64,000 nucleotides of DNA, taken from assembly GCA_015490805.1 (NCBI GenBank), contig WFXC01000033.1:5347-69346 (forward strand). The letters run 5' to 3'. Shown in pieces: positions 28,927 to 38,763 of this stretch (position 1 is its first letter; the number at the start of each line of letters is the position of its first letter). The position numbers and the translations under genes were made by a program. The notes beneath the pieces were generated by a model. The model worked only from the letters and a program-made list of their open reading frames with translations, searched no databases and was not told the origin of the DNA. The stretch comes from Candidatus Kapaibacterium sp. (GTDB lineage: Bacteria; Bacteroidota; Ignavibacteria; Kapaibacteriales; WFXC01).

Positions 28927-29448
28927 TTATTTTTTCTGTTGATGTACCCATCGTAAATACTCTAGAACAGCCCGTGCATCTTCAACACTAAGATTCTGGA
29001 ATGTCATAACTGTAAGATACTCTGCTAACAACTTCTTGGCTACCGGATGCCGCTTGATCATCTCATCTGGATTCAGCATCATATTCATTACAAACTCCGG
29101 AGTTCGGTGCTCCAGCACATCTCGCAGTGGTGGTCCGACTCGCCGACTATCCAACTCGTGGCACGCACTGCACTTCATCTCAAAAATTTTCTTTCCTTTT
29201 TCTACTAGTTTAGGATCAATCTCTCCCAAGGTAAGCTTTTCTCTAATAGGACCAATACCGTGCTTCAATTCAAACTCGGACAATCCCTCTGAATTTGCTG
29301 CATCTGATAGGTCACTCTTTTGTGCGCCTTGCTGTACCATCTGAGATTTCGCTCCTCGCTCTCCTGCTGGCGTAGCATCGTTACTACATCCGCTCCACCA
29401 AAGCCCTCCAAGAAGCAACAGAACAATAAACACAACAAATCGACTCAT
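28927..29448 (-). CDS. Monoheme cytochrome c lipoprotein of the clade II nos cluster
   Basis: WSGC lipobox-like, CSACH, VGPPL, NMMLNP; ATG overlaps the rrf2 stop (TGATG). Confidence 0.9.
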   Translation of the reverse strand: MSRFVVFIVLLLLGGLWWSGCSNDATPAGERGAKSQMVQQGAQKSDLSDAANSEGLSEFELKHGIGPIREKLTLGEIDPKLVEKGKKIFEMKCSACHELDSRRVGPPLRDVLEHRTPEFVMNMMLNPDEMIKRHPVAKKLLAEYLTVMTFQNLSVEDARAVLEYLRWVHQQKK

Positions 29449-29888
29449 CAGATATTCTCCTCTTTTGTTTGAACTGCTCCACGTTTCCATTGTTTCGCTA
29501 TCTCTGCAATACTTGTTTTTTGAAACAACCTAATCAGTTGCTCGCGAATCTTCAAATACCGCTTGTGAAATGTGCATCTCTCAAACTCTTCACACTGCGG
29601 TAATCCCAGAATGCACTCTACAAACCGCTTATCACCCTCAAAAGCCTGAATAATATCGTAAAGAGAAATCTGCGTCGGCGGTTTCCGAAAACGCATACCG
29701 CCCTTAATCCCGCGAGAAGTATCTACGATCCCGCTGCGTACCAGGCGCTTCACAATTTTCGAAAGAAAATATACCGGTAATCCCAGCTCTGCCCCGATTT
29801 TACGGACTGGAAAGTATTGACTATTCTGCTTCTGACTTGCCATATATGCCAGCATCTGAATAGCATACAGCGTTGCTTTTGAGAACAT
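29448..29888 (-). CDS. Rrf2 family transcriptional regulator (probable Fe-S binding)
   Basis: MFSKATLYA, FLSKIV..L...GIV.TSRG..GG, CILGLPQCEEFERCTFH. Confidence 0.93.
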   Translation of the reverse strand: MFSKATLYAIQMLAYMASQKQNSQYFPVRKIGAELGLPVYFLSKIVKRLVRSGIVDTSRGIKGGMRFRKPPTQISLYDIIQAFEGDKRFVECILGLPQCEEFERCTFHKRYLKIREQLIRLFQKTSIAEIAKQWKRGAVQTKEENI

Positions 29889-29918
29889 TTTATCCTCTTC
29901 ATTTGATTAACTTAATTG

Positions 29919-30029
29919 CAAATTTAAGAATTAAAACTATTAAATACAAGTTTTAAATCCGTAAATGAACAGTTTTTCATTGTTTTGTCATATCATTTTT
30001 TGATCTTTTGATCTAATTCTATATATTTG
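29919..30029. promoter_or_regulatory. Divergent promoter region (rrf2-nos / sqr) with palindromic candidate operator
   Basis: Minus-strand TAAATTTG 29919-29926; plus-strand TATATTTG 30022-30029; inverted repeat TTAAAACT-N10-AGTTTTAA 29931-29956. Confidence 0.65.
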
Positions 30030-30074
30030 TAATTGAGTTTATCGATTCTTGTAACTCAAACGGGAGTTGGAAAA

Positions 30075-31232
30075 ATGGCAGCAAAAATTTTGATCCTGGG
30101 TGGTGGAAGCGGTGGATTAGTTGCCGCTAACGCTTTAGCACGGACATTAAATGGATCTGGTGAAATTACTTTGATCGACCGAAATCCCTATCACGAGTTT
30201 ATGCCCAGCTACCCCTGGGTTGCTTTTGGATTTAAAGAGCCTGACCAAATTCGGCGCCCCCTTAAGCTCTTAGAGAAAAAAGGTGTTCGGGTCGTCCAGG
30301 ATACCATTACTGAAATTTTACCATCGCAACAGACAGTCAAAACGGAAAATGACAGCTTCGATTATGATTTTCTCATCGTCTCTCTGGGTGCAACCATTGA
30401 CGAAAACGCTATAGAAAACTTTGCAACAGAAGCCTACCACCCCTGGACACTACAGGGTGCTTTGCGGCTACGAGAAGCGATCCATAACTTCAAAGGTGGA
30501 GACGTCGTTGTTGGTATCGCAGGACAATATTACCGATGTCCGCCTGCACCGTTTGAAATTGCGGGACAACTGGACTTTTTGCTGAAAGCCAAACGCCTGC
30601 GTGATCAATCAACTATTACCATCTTCCACTTAACTCCCGGTCCCTTATCCAATATGGGTCCAGCGATTAGCCGGGTTATCGCTGAAATTCTCCAGAGCAA
30701 AGGGGTTCGCTTCGAAGGGTCATTTGAATTAGATCGCATTGACAAAGACAGCAAAAAGGTCATAGCAAAAGATGGTCGTGAACTCCACTATGACCTCTTA
30801 ATTATGACCCCTTTCCACAAAGTGAATCCTGTGGTAGCCAAAAGTGAACTGTCGGGACCAAAGTTCCCACTGATTGACCCCAAGACGTTTCGTTCCCAGA
30901 AATTTGATAATGTTTTCATCATTGGCGATGTCGTCAACCCATTGATCAATCTTCCTCCTGCTGGAGTCGTGGTTCACTTTCAGGCAGAATTCGTCGCTGA
31001 CCAAATTACTGCTGAAATCAAAGGTGGATATGTCGGCGAAAGCTTCTCTCCAGTGGCAATGTGCATTATGGACTTTGGGGACGACGCAGTATTGCCAATG
31101 TGTGAATTCTCCAAGACCTACATTGACCTTTCTGGGCCACCCAGTTGCGGAGTACTGGGACGCGGGAAGGAAATTCGCCTAGTCAAAGCAGGATTTGAAG
31201 CGCTCTGGTTCTCATTATACCTTACTCGATAA
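30075..31232 (+). CDS. FAD-dependent oxidoreductase, sulfide:quinone oxidoreductase / FCSD family
   Basis: ILILGGGSGG, YDFLIVSLGA, YRCPPAPFE, NVFIIGD, distal AMCIMDFG; no signal peptide; start at ATG 30075. Confidence 0.85.
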   Translation: MAAKILILGGGSGGLVAANALARTLNGSGEITLIDRNPYHEFMPSYPWVAFGFKEPDQIRRPLKLLEKKGVRVVQDTITEILPSQQTVKTENDSFDYDFLIVSLGATIDENAIENFATEAYHPWTLQGALRLREAIHNFKGGDVVVGIAGQYYRCPPAPFEIAGQLDFLLKAKRLRDQSTITIFHLTPGPLSNMGPAISRVIAEILQSKGVRFEGSFELDRIDKDSKKVIAKDGRELHYDLLIMTPFHKVNPVVAKSELSGPKFPLIDPKTFRSQKFDNVFIIGDVVNPLINLPPAGVVVHFQAEFVADQITAEIKGGYVGESFSPVAMCIMDFGDDAVLPMCEFSKTYIDLSGPPSCGVLGRGKEIRLVKAGFEALWFSLYLTR

Positions 31233-31265
31233 CCAAGGTTGTTTCACTAAGGAAAGGATAGCCTC

Positions 31266-31757
31266 ATGACAACGAACAATCTCAACGAACACGACGAAGC
31301 ATTACAACGCGTGATCGATGTTGCCCACGCCTTGCACAAAAACGGCGTTCTGGATTTTCTGGAGCAAATTTCCCATCTGACGCCAGAACTGCTGTCCTAT
31401 CTCACAGATCCCCGCATCCTTAAAATTGGAGCAAACATCTCTTTTTTGCTCCATTTGCTGGAGCTCTTAGATCCTACGATGATCACGGTGATGTTCGACA
31501 ACTTCAACAAAGCACTCTCCCAGAATCTCACGCCGGAGGTCTTTAAAAATCCTCCACGCGTCGGGCTCAGCGGACTGATCCGAATGTTAGGTGACCCGGA
31601 CGTCCAGCGGGCTTTGGGCTTCATTTTTCTGCTTCTCAAATCCTTTGGCCAATCCATTCAGCAGTCTGGCAAGGAACTGACATCCTTAATGGAACAAATG
31701 GAAAAACAATTCAAGCTCTTTAAAGAACAACGCAAAGCTCTGGGATTAGAGGTATAA
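31266..31757 (+). CDS. DUF1641 domain protein
   Basis: L..NGVLDFL; PPRVGLSGLIRMLGDPDVQRALGF...LLKSFG. Confidence 0.85.
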   Translation: MTTNNLNEHDEALQRVIDVAHALHKNGVLDFLEQISHLTPELLSYLTDPRILKIGANISFLLHLLELLDPTMITVMFDNFNKALSQNLTPEVFKNPPRVGLSGLIRMLGDPDVQRALGFIFLLLKSFGQSIQQSGKELTSLMEQMEKQFKLFKEQRKALGLEV

Positions 31758-31915
31758 CTGCCTGATCGAAACGCATTGGGAAGAGGTAATTCCCTTTCCG
31801 CTGTTTCTTCAAGTCTCAGAGAGGAAGGTGTGCATCCTCTACAGGAAGTAAGATCTTCTACCGTGACAACTCTTTTTACCACCTCCAACTGAACTCACCG
31901 GTGTTCTTCTGAAGC

Positions 31916-31943
31916 GCAACCTTTTCTTCTGGTCGCACGTTAT
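31916..31943 (+). promoter_or_regulatory. Possible ECF-sigma promoter upstream of sppA
   Basis: GCAAC-N17-CGTTAT (AAC...CGT pattern). Confidence 0.45.
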
Positions 31944-31988
31944 AGTGAACAACAATAGGAGTTGAGAACTTCAAGAAAGGGTTGCGCA

Positions 31989-34436
31989 ATGAAAAGAGTC
32001 TACAGTTTCTTCGCAGCAGTCGTGTATAGCCTCACTATCGTCTCTCTAACTGCTCAACCATTCCTCCCTCGCCAGGAACAATGGTTTTTACCTATCGGCG
32101 AATCCGTTTTCCGCTATGGTTTCGGTGGCTGGCAGAATCCAGCGGTAATTGCCATACATCCTGGTTTTGAACTCTTAGGTTCGCTAAGCTACGAATCCGG
32201 AGATTCCCGATTCCGCCAATGGGGGCTGAGTATTATTACAGCCAATACCAGCTTTACAAAAATTCAAACTCGTTACGACTCCGTCCTTATCAGTGATTAC
32301 GCTGTGAGTTCGGCTGTTGGCAACCAAACACTTGCTGCAGGACTGAGCTATCGCTGGTCCAGCGGAAGCGCGACTCTTCGTTCCCCCTACAAAGCAGTGA
32401 CGGCTGGATTACTTCTTCGACCGATTCCCGAACTCTCTACAGGCATTGCTTATACCCAGGCACTCAATGCCAATACAGGCAGCGGGAACATTGAAATTGC
32501 CATTCGTCCCTTTGCAGATCCAACCCTGGCACTATTCAGCAACTACACCCTGAACACCAACCAGCGATTGCGCGACGGTTATTGGCAGATTGGTTTGATC
32601 ACTGAACCCCTGGATGGTTTTCGTTTCTTTGGATCCTGGAATACACATCAGCAATTCCAAGTAGGCATTCAGCTTAGCATTACCAACGGCCTCGGCATTC
32701 AGACAACCATTACCACTGACCAACAATTCCGTCATCAGGTCAGCACTGCCGGATTCCGCCTGGGTGGATACGACCGCAATCTCCGCTCCTGGCTATTTCC
32801 TCCTGCCTATGTTTACACCTTAGACATCCCCAAAACAATTGCATACCAAACACCTCAACTGTTGAGTAAGGCAACACCGTGGCGTCCATTTCTGACCCGA
32901 ATTGAAAAAGCAGCAGCAGATCCAACGATTCGTGCAATTGCTTTGAATTTATCCACACTCCAATTGAACCATGCAATGGCGTGGGAATTACGGCAGGCGC
33001 TTCAGCACTTTCGGGATCGCAACAAGAAGGTCTTCGTTTACATCACCAACGCTTCTTTCCCTCATCTCCTCGTTGCAGCCGTTGCCGATGTTGTTGCAAT
33101 GGATCCCTATGGCTTCATTGGGATTCCGGGATACGTGGCAGGACATACGTACTACAAAGAACTGCTTGACTCCTTAGGACTCCGCATCGAAGAGTTCCGC
33201 TTATTCAAATACAAATCAGCGCTGGAACCTCTGGCACGCTCTTCAATGTCTGAAGGCGAGAAGGAGCAACTCCGCACCCTGATTCAGGATTGGTATCGTA
33301 CTACTTTAGAAACCTTAGCAAAAGACTCTCATCTTTCCCAACGCCAGGTCGATTCACTCATCGATAATGTCGCATTCTTCAACGCCCAACAAGCCTATGA
33401 AATTGGATTGGTAGATACAATTGCACGGTACGACGTGCTGGATTCTTTGGCACAGCAGCAATTTCCCGAAGCAACGAAAATATCACACTATAACAGCACA
33501 CTGGTGGAATTGCAAAATCGGGATAAGCGGTGGCAGAATCCTGCAAAAATTGCCGTCATCTACGCCATTGGCATCTGTGCTATGGATGAGGGAATCAAAG
33601 CCCGGAGTTTAGTCAAAGATGTGGAAGCGGCGGTAAGCGACGAATCGGTGAAGGCCATTGTGCTGCGTGTCGATTCTCCCGGTGGCGATCCCTTAGCCTC
33701 CGACTACATTGCAACCGCTCTGAAAAAGGCAAAAGGCAAAAAACCGGTGATCATTTCGCAGGGATACGTCGCTGCCTCCGGCGGCTACTGGCTTTCAATG
33801 TATGGCGATACCATCATTTCAACCCCCTATACCATCACTGGATCCATTGGGGTAATCGGCGGATGGATGTATGATGTGGGACTGAGCAAGAAACTTCATC
33901 TCCATCTGGACTTCGTCCAGCAGGGCAAACACGGAGACTTAGGCTTCGGCTACACCTTGCCGTTGCCAATCATTGGCAACATTACGATCCCCCATCGTCC
34001 GCTTTCTGCGGATGAAAAACAGCGCGCTTTTAAAGAAATCCGCCAGTTGTACCAGCGATTTCTGGACAATGTTGCGGATGGGCGTGACACAACAGCGGAT
34101 TATATCCACACCATCGCCCAGGGTCGCGTCTGGAGTGGTGTTCGAGCTCAGCAGATTGGGCTGGTGGACGTCTTAGGATCCCTTACCGATGCCATCCGGG
34201 TTGCTAAAAAGCGGGCAGGATTAAGCGACGATATCCCCGTCCAGATCGTCGAATACCCCCAACCACCTTTGTTCGATATCGCCAGCTTCGCTCCCACTCC
34301 ACGGCTTACTCAGACCTCGTTGGGTTTTGCTGATTATCTGCGCTTTCGACTTCAACATCAGGGGAAACCGCTCCTTTTGCTCCCGCTGGAGTATCTCGAT
34401 TCGGTTATGCTAGAACTGTTGCGATATCATCCATAA
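31989..34436 (+). CDS. sppA: Signal peptide peptidase SppA (S49) with extra N-terminal domain
   Basis: KYKSA.EP, LRVDSPGG, VAASGGY, TITGSIGV, AQGRVWSG..A...GLVD; start at ATG 31989. Confidence 0.9.
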   Translation: MKRVYSFFAAVVYSLTIVSLTAQPFLPRQEQWFLPIGESVFRYGFGGWQNPAVIAIHPGFELLGSLSYESGDSRFRQWGLSIITANTSFTKIQTRYDSVLISDYAVSSAVGNQTLAAGLSYRWSSGSATLRSPYKAVTAGLLLRPIPELSTGIAYTQALNANTGSGNIEIAIRPFADPTLALFSNYTLNTNQRLRDGYWQIGLITEPLDGFRFFGSWNTHQQFQVGIQLSITNGLGIQTTITTDQQFRHQVSTAGFRLGGYDRNLRSWLFPPAYVYTLDIPKTIAYQTPQLLSKATPWRPFLTRIEKAAADPTIRAIALNLSTLQLNHAMAWELRQALQHFRDRNKKVFVYITNASFPHLLVAAVADVVAMDPYGFIGIPGYVAGHTYYKELLDSLGLRIEEFRLFKYKSALEPLARSSMSEGEKEQLRTLIQDWYRTTLETLAKDSHLSQRQVDSLIDNVAFFNAQQAYEIGLVDTIARYDVLDSLAQQQFPEATKISHYNSTLVELQNRDKRWQNPAKIAVIYAIGICAMDEGIKARSLVKDVEAAVSDESVKAIVLRVDSPGGDPLASDYIATALKKAKGKKPVIISQGYVAASGGYWLSMYGDTIISTPYTITGSIGVIGGWMYDVGLSKKLHLHLDFVQQGKHGDLGFGYTLPLPIIGNITIPHRPLSADEKQRAFKEIRQLYQRFLDNVADGRDTTADYIHTIAQGRVWSGVRAQQIGLVDVLGSLTDAIRVAKKRAGLSDDIPVQIVEYPQPPLFDIASFAPTPRLTQTSLGFADYLRFRLQHQGKPLLLLPLEYLDSVMLELLRYHP

Positions 34437-34509
34437 TTTCGTGCAAAGCTGCTGGCTGTACTTTGATGATTCACTGGTGAACAGGAGCAATAAGTTCAGT
34501 ACTGCTGAA

Positions 34510-37347
34510 TTAGCGAACGATCCAGACAACTTTTCTTACTGCGCCGACGCGCAGTATATAGGCACCGGGCGGTATTCTTTCTACGTCTAACAGATACCGT
34601 CCTTTCGTTGCATGCACCGTATACTTAGTAGTCGGAACAACCTGTCCTTGCAAGGACCAGAGTTCGATAGGGACGCGAGGCTCAGCGTGTTCAACAACCA
34701 GCCACCGGGCTGTAGGAATCGGGTATATTCGTATTCTGGACTGTTGCTGTTCAGCGACAGTTGAGACTGCCTGAATGCGGATATCATCCAGATACCATCC
34801 CTCATCATTCCCAATGACCCCTGCTTTGAAGCGAAACCGGACAAACAGCAGGGAATCCTGAGCTGTGGGAGGTACAACGACCAGCGTTTCTTCTTTCCAA
34901 TCGCTGGCATCCATCACACCGTCTTTCCAGGCAGGATAATCTTCCCGGTTCGTTCCCAGTAGCTTTTCCCACCGCTCCAGTGAATTCCACGCAATTTCAA
35001 CAAATCCGGTATCGGTGTGATGAATCAATGCTGCATGCCAAAACCGAATCTGGACACCCTCTCCCGACCGAACTTGAACAGGAAACAGAATGAGCGTATC
35101 CTTTGCACGGCGCTCATACCGCTGTCCCGGCGATTCTGTCAAAGCAAGCGGAGGCGAGTGGGCAAACTCTCCACTGCGCTCCCATCCAGCGTTGAAATAC
35201 TTGGGGAGATCCGCATCAAAGCTTTCATTCAGTGTGGAAACCGGGGTACCGACAAACAGCAGCATTCGGGGCGTTGGATCACTCACATTGGGCGGATCCA
35301 TAGCATCCGCCACAGCCGCCGCATAGGTATAGAATCCCGGCTGGGACACAGTATCTCGAATGCGGATCGCTGAGCCTGTATCCGTCGGAGCTACAGGAAT
35401 CGTTTTGAGCAACTCCCCATCGCGATACAGCCAAACGGCTGCCAAATTGGCTAATGGTGTCTGCAAATCTGCGCGCCGAGTTGGAAGACGAACTTCAAAC
35501 TCTACGATCTCAGAGCCAGACACAACAAGCTGCATAGTTGGCGGTGCCGGCTGTCGGGCGCCGCCGGGATAGCCAATGGTATGCACTGATTTGCTGGTAT
35601 CCTCCCCAGCAACAACCTGGAGCTCATACAAGACGGTATCAAAAGGAACTAAGCCCGTATCTAGATACTGAGGCTGTGATCCCGGAAGAACAGCAATGAT
35701 CTCCGATCGACGCCTGAGTACATACTGGATCTCCTCTTCTGAGAGTGGCTGTCCAAACACGCGGGAGCGGACCGTGTCCCACGACAACAGCAAAGCTGTT
35801 GGATTTTGCGGCAACACTGTAGCAATGAGAGTATCAGGCGATGCTGGAGATCGAACGTTCACAATAGCAGTGTACACATCATTATCCAGCACACTGGCCA
35901 CTGTGTGGCGCATATCGACCCAAGAAGGATATATTTTCCCATCATAAAAGGCACATCCACTATAATCTCCAGCAAAAGAATTGCCTTGAAAAGGATTACG
36001 GCGAATATCAGATCCAATATCTGCAACGCGACGATCAATCCAAGTCAATCCTCCGTCAGTCGATACGCTCACATAGGTATAGGTCAAAATATTATTTGGA
36101 TCATCGCGGCTGTCCAGATACATAATTGCCAGATATCCGGTCACCGGGTCCTGACTCATCCAGGGCCAAAACTGATCATTCGTTGCATCGGAGTGCACGA
36201 CGATGGGCGTTGACCAGGTTTGGCCACCATCAGTCGAGCGAGAAAAATACACGGAAGGAATCGAGTCAGCAGCCCAACACAGATACAAATACCCATTCCG
36301 TTCGCCCGGCAATGTATCGCATACCAGCACTGGATATGTTTCTGCTCGCACCTTTCCTTTCACCGTGTGTCGTACTCCTTCCGGGATCTCCCGTGCCGTA
36401 CCTAATGGCTGATAGCGAATGATAATTCGTGGCTCTGAAAAGCTCCGTCCTCCATCGGTGGATTTCGCAAACCCAATGCCGTGTTCCGGGCCATAATTCC
36501 ACACCACATACACTTCTCCATTTGGGCCTGTTGCTGCCAGCGGGAAGCTCTGTCCAAACGTTGTATCCTCTGAAGAATGCGGAAGTCGATGACTCACCGG
36601 TACAGGCGTAGACCAGGTTAATCCCCCATCTGTTGAGCGTGCCAATACAATCTGCGTCGAAGAATCCCGCGCAATGACCCGCTTCCACGGGATATAAGCG
36701 GTAAGCCGATACGGTGAAGTGGAACAGTTGTCAACAGTGATGTAGTATTTGTCCTCGAAGGCGGAATCCGGTGTTTGGGGACCCGTATGGAGAATCACGG
36801 GAATGTGCGCCTGCCAGGTTTGCCCGTTGTCGGTCGTAATCGCAACGAATACCCCATTTTCACCCGTCCGGGGTTGCGAGACATTAAAGCCACCATAACA
36901 CAGATAGCCTCTACCGGTTGCATCAAATGCCACGGAAGGATCATTACTGGAAACCCAGTTCGGAAAAGGCTTACCCAGATTTTTGTTGATCCACGTTCGT
37001 CCCCCATCGGTCGAAATATAGACCCAAGTTGAAGAATTTCGCCGATAATCCACGGCAGATGCGATCAGGACCGAAGGATTCACAGGATTCACGGCAATGG
37101 AGGACTCGTTCTGTACCGGCACTGGATCATTTTCCGGCGACACGATGAGATTCACATTGTGAAAATACGATGGGAGAGGATTTTCCTGCAGTGGAATCTG
37201 AAAAGGGATTGTCTCTGTCACAGCCGGCTCTGGATGTGCCCAGCGTGTCCACCGCTCCTGCCAGAGCGTATCGACTTCAGCAATCGCTCCTAATGTCATC
37301 CAGCCATTGACCCAAATAGACCAAACGAAAACATATCGGCTCTTCAT
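34510..37347 (-). CDS. Secreted BNR/Asp-box (sialidase-like) protein with T9SS-type C-terminal domain
   Basis: Six S/T-T-D-x-G-x-T/S-W/F Asp boxes, QNESSIAVNP, C-terminal IYPIP...PGAYILR. Confidence 0.85.
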   Translation of the reverse strand: MKSRYVFVWSIWVNGWMTLGAIAEVDTLWQERWTRWAHPEPAVTETIPFQIPLQENPLPSYFHNVNLIVSPENDPVPVQNESSIAVNPVNPSVLIASAVDYRRNSSTWVYISTDGGRTWINKNLGKPFPNWVSSNDPSVAFDATGRGYLCYGGFNVSQPRTGENGVFVAITTDNGQTWQAHIPVILHTGPQTPDSAFEDKYYITVDNCSTSPYRLTAYIPWKRVIARDSSTQIVLARSTDGGLTWSTPVPVSHRLPHSSEDTTFGQSFPLAATGPNGEVYVVWNYGPEHGIGFAKSTDGGRSFSEPRIIIRYQPLGTAREIPEGVRHTVKGKVRAETYPVLVCDTLPGERNGYLYLCWAADSIPSVYFSRSTDGGQTWSTPIVVHSDATNDQFWPWMSQDPVTGYLAIMYLDSRDDPNNILTYTYVSVSTDGGLTWIDRRVADIGSDIRRNPFQGNSFAGDYSGCAFYDGKIYPSWVDMRHTVASVLDNDVYTAIVNVRSPASPDTLIATVLPQNPTALLLSWDTVRSRVFGQPLSEEEIQYVLRRRSEIIAVLPGSQPQYLDTGLVPFDTVLYELQVVAGEDTSKSVHTIGYPGGARQPAPPTMQLVVSGSEIVEFEVRLPTRRADLQTPLANLAAVWLYRDGELLKTIPVAPTDTGSAIRIRDTVSQPGFYTYAAAVADAMDPPNVSDPTPRMLLFVGTPVSTLNESFDADLPKYFNAGWERSGEFAHSPPLALTESPGQRYERRAKDTLILFPVQVRSGEGVQIRFWHAALIHHTDTGFVEIAWNSLERWEKLLGTNREDYPAWKDGVMDASDWKEETLVVVPPTAQDSLLFVRFRFKAGVIGNDEGWYLDDIRIQAVSTVAEQQQSRIRIYPIPTARWLVVEHAEPRVPIELWSLQGQVVPTTKYTVHATKGRYLLDVERIPPGAYILRVGAVRKVVWIVR

Positions 37348-37411
37348 CCGAACCTCTCTACTTTGCAACACCTATGAGATTCAAAATTACAAAAAGTAGA
37401 ACACAACAGGA

Positions 37412-38632
37412 CTACCTTAGAACCCTTTGTTGTTCGGCTCCATCTCCAACAACGTGATCGTTTCCCCCCATTATTTCTTCATACAGAGTTCGGATTTTTT
37501 GAGCAACGGCTTCCCCAGAAAACAGGTGGAGAGCACGGCGATATCCTCTCTCAGCTATTTCGTTACGGCGCTGGGAATTCTCAATAAGAGAGCGCAACTG
37601 CTGAGCCAATGCTTCGCTATCATTTTCGGGAAAAACCAGACCAGCATCTCCAATGACAACGGGAATTTCCCCCGACGACGATCCGATAACAGCCGTACGG
37701 CACGCCATTGCTTCAATGAGCACCCGACCAAATTGCTCTTTACCTTCTTGCGTTGTTCGGGATGGCAACACCAGCACATCCAGTGCATTCATAATCTCAG
37801 GGATACGTTCAGGGGGAACGACGCCGAAAAACCGGATCCGGTGTGTCAGCCCTGCTTCTTCAACCATCTGCCGCAGCCATTGTTCATCCCGACCGCTCCC
37901 TACAAGCACTGCCTGCCACGGCAATGAACGAAGCATCGCCAGTGCCCGAATCAGCAAATCAACACCTTTCAAAGACCACAATCGCCCGACATATCCAATT
38001 GTGACAGTGGCTGGATCGCCCAGCAGCTCTGCTTTGAGTGCCCGCCGCCGCTCCGGTGAGTAAGGAAAAAATTGCTTCGTATCAATAGCGTGGTGAGGCA
38101 AATAGGTAATTGGTCCCACATACCCTAAGGCTCGAAAAATAGCTTCTCCTTCACGAGTGCCCGTACACAAATGATCAATGCGCCGGAGAGTCCACTGCGT
38201 CAGCCGTGGATACAAATATCGTTGAATCTGCCATCGGCGCCAGAGCTGGTAGTAATCGGGCAAATTCCGCCACGATACCAGCAGGATTTTTGGACGTTTC
38301 GGAAACTGTCGAACGATGCTAATGGCTTGCAGGGTCACCAGGCTTTCCGGTTCCTCGTGCAAATGTAAAATGTCTGGCTGCAAATGCCAGAGTACGGGAT
38401 AAAGGCGTTTATAGAAATGCAGATTTTGTCGGCCGCTTTTTCCAAAAACCACGGGCAATGGCACCACCTGATAGCTCCCATCACCTCGATATGCCGTTAT
38501 GAGGTGTCCTGCTTCCTTATACTGCTCCGGGGTAATCAGGATAAAATCAATGCCGGGAGATTGTGCCAGCGGTGCAAAAAACGTGTGATAGGTAGGAACC
38601 ACGGCGGAGTGTGAAATGTAAACGATGCGCAT
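37412..38632 (-). CDS. Glycosyltransferase family 4
   Basis: IGYVGRL...KGVDLL, LVLPS, EQFGRVLIEAMA. Confidence 0.93.
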   Translation of the reverse strand: MRIVYISHSAVVPTYHTFFAPLAQSPGIDFILITPEQYKEAGHLITAYRGDGSYQVVPLPVVFGKSGRQNLHFYKRLYPVLWHLQPDILHLHEEPESLVTLQAISIVRQFPKRPKILLVSWRNLPDYYQLWRRWQIQRYLYPRLTQWTLRRIDHLCTGTREGEAIFRALGYVGPITYLPHHAIDTKQFFPYSPERRRALKAELLGDPATVTIGYVGRLWSLKGVDLLIRALAMLRSLPWQAVLVGSGRDEQWLRQMVEEAGLTHRIRFFGVVPPERIPEIMNALDVLVLPSRTTQEGKEQFGRVLIEAMACRTAVIGSSSGEIPVVIGDAGLVFPENDSEALAQQLRSLIENSQRRNEIAERGYRRALHLFSGEAVAQKIRTLYEEIMGGNDHVVGDGAEQQRVLR

Positions 38633-38763
38633 ATGAACCTTTACAGCCTTCCTTCCGCATTGTTGCTCGCCAGTGACGCCGGTTGATCCCCGGATATTTT
38701 ACTGTTGTTGCCAGTATGTTCGTTTCTATATTCTACAAATGTCGCACGAAAGGATCACACCTG

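Noticed and set aside
29903-29916. TTGAT half-site as a possible FNR/CRP-family box at the nos promoter
   Set aside because: Second half reads TTAAT, not ATCAA; expected by chance in AT-rich DNA.
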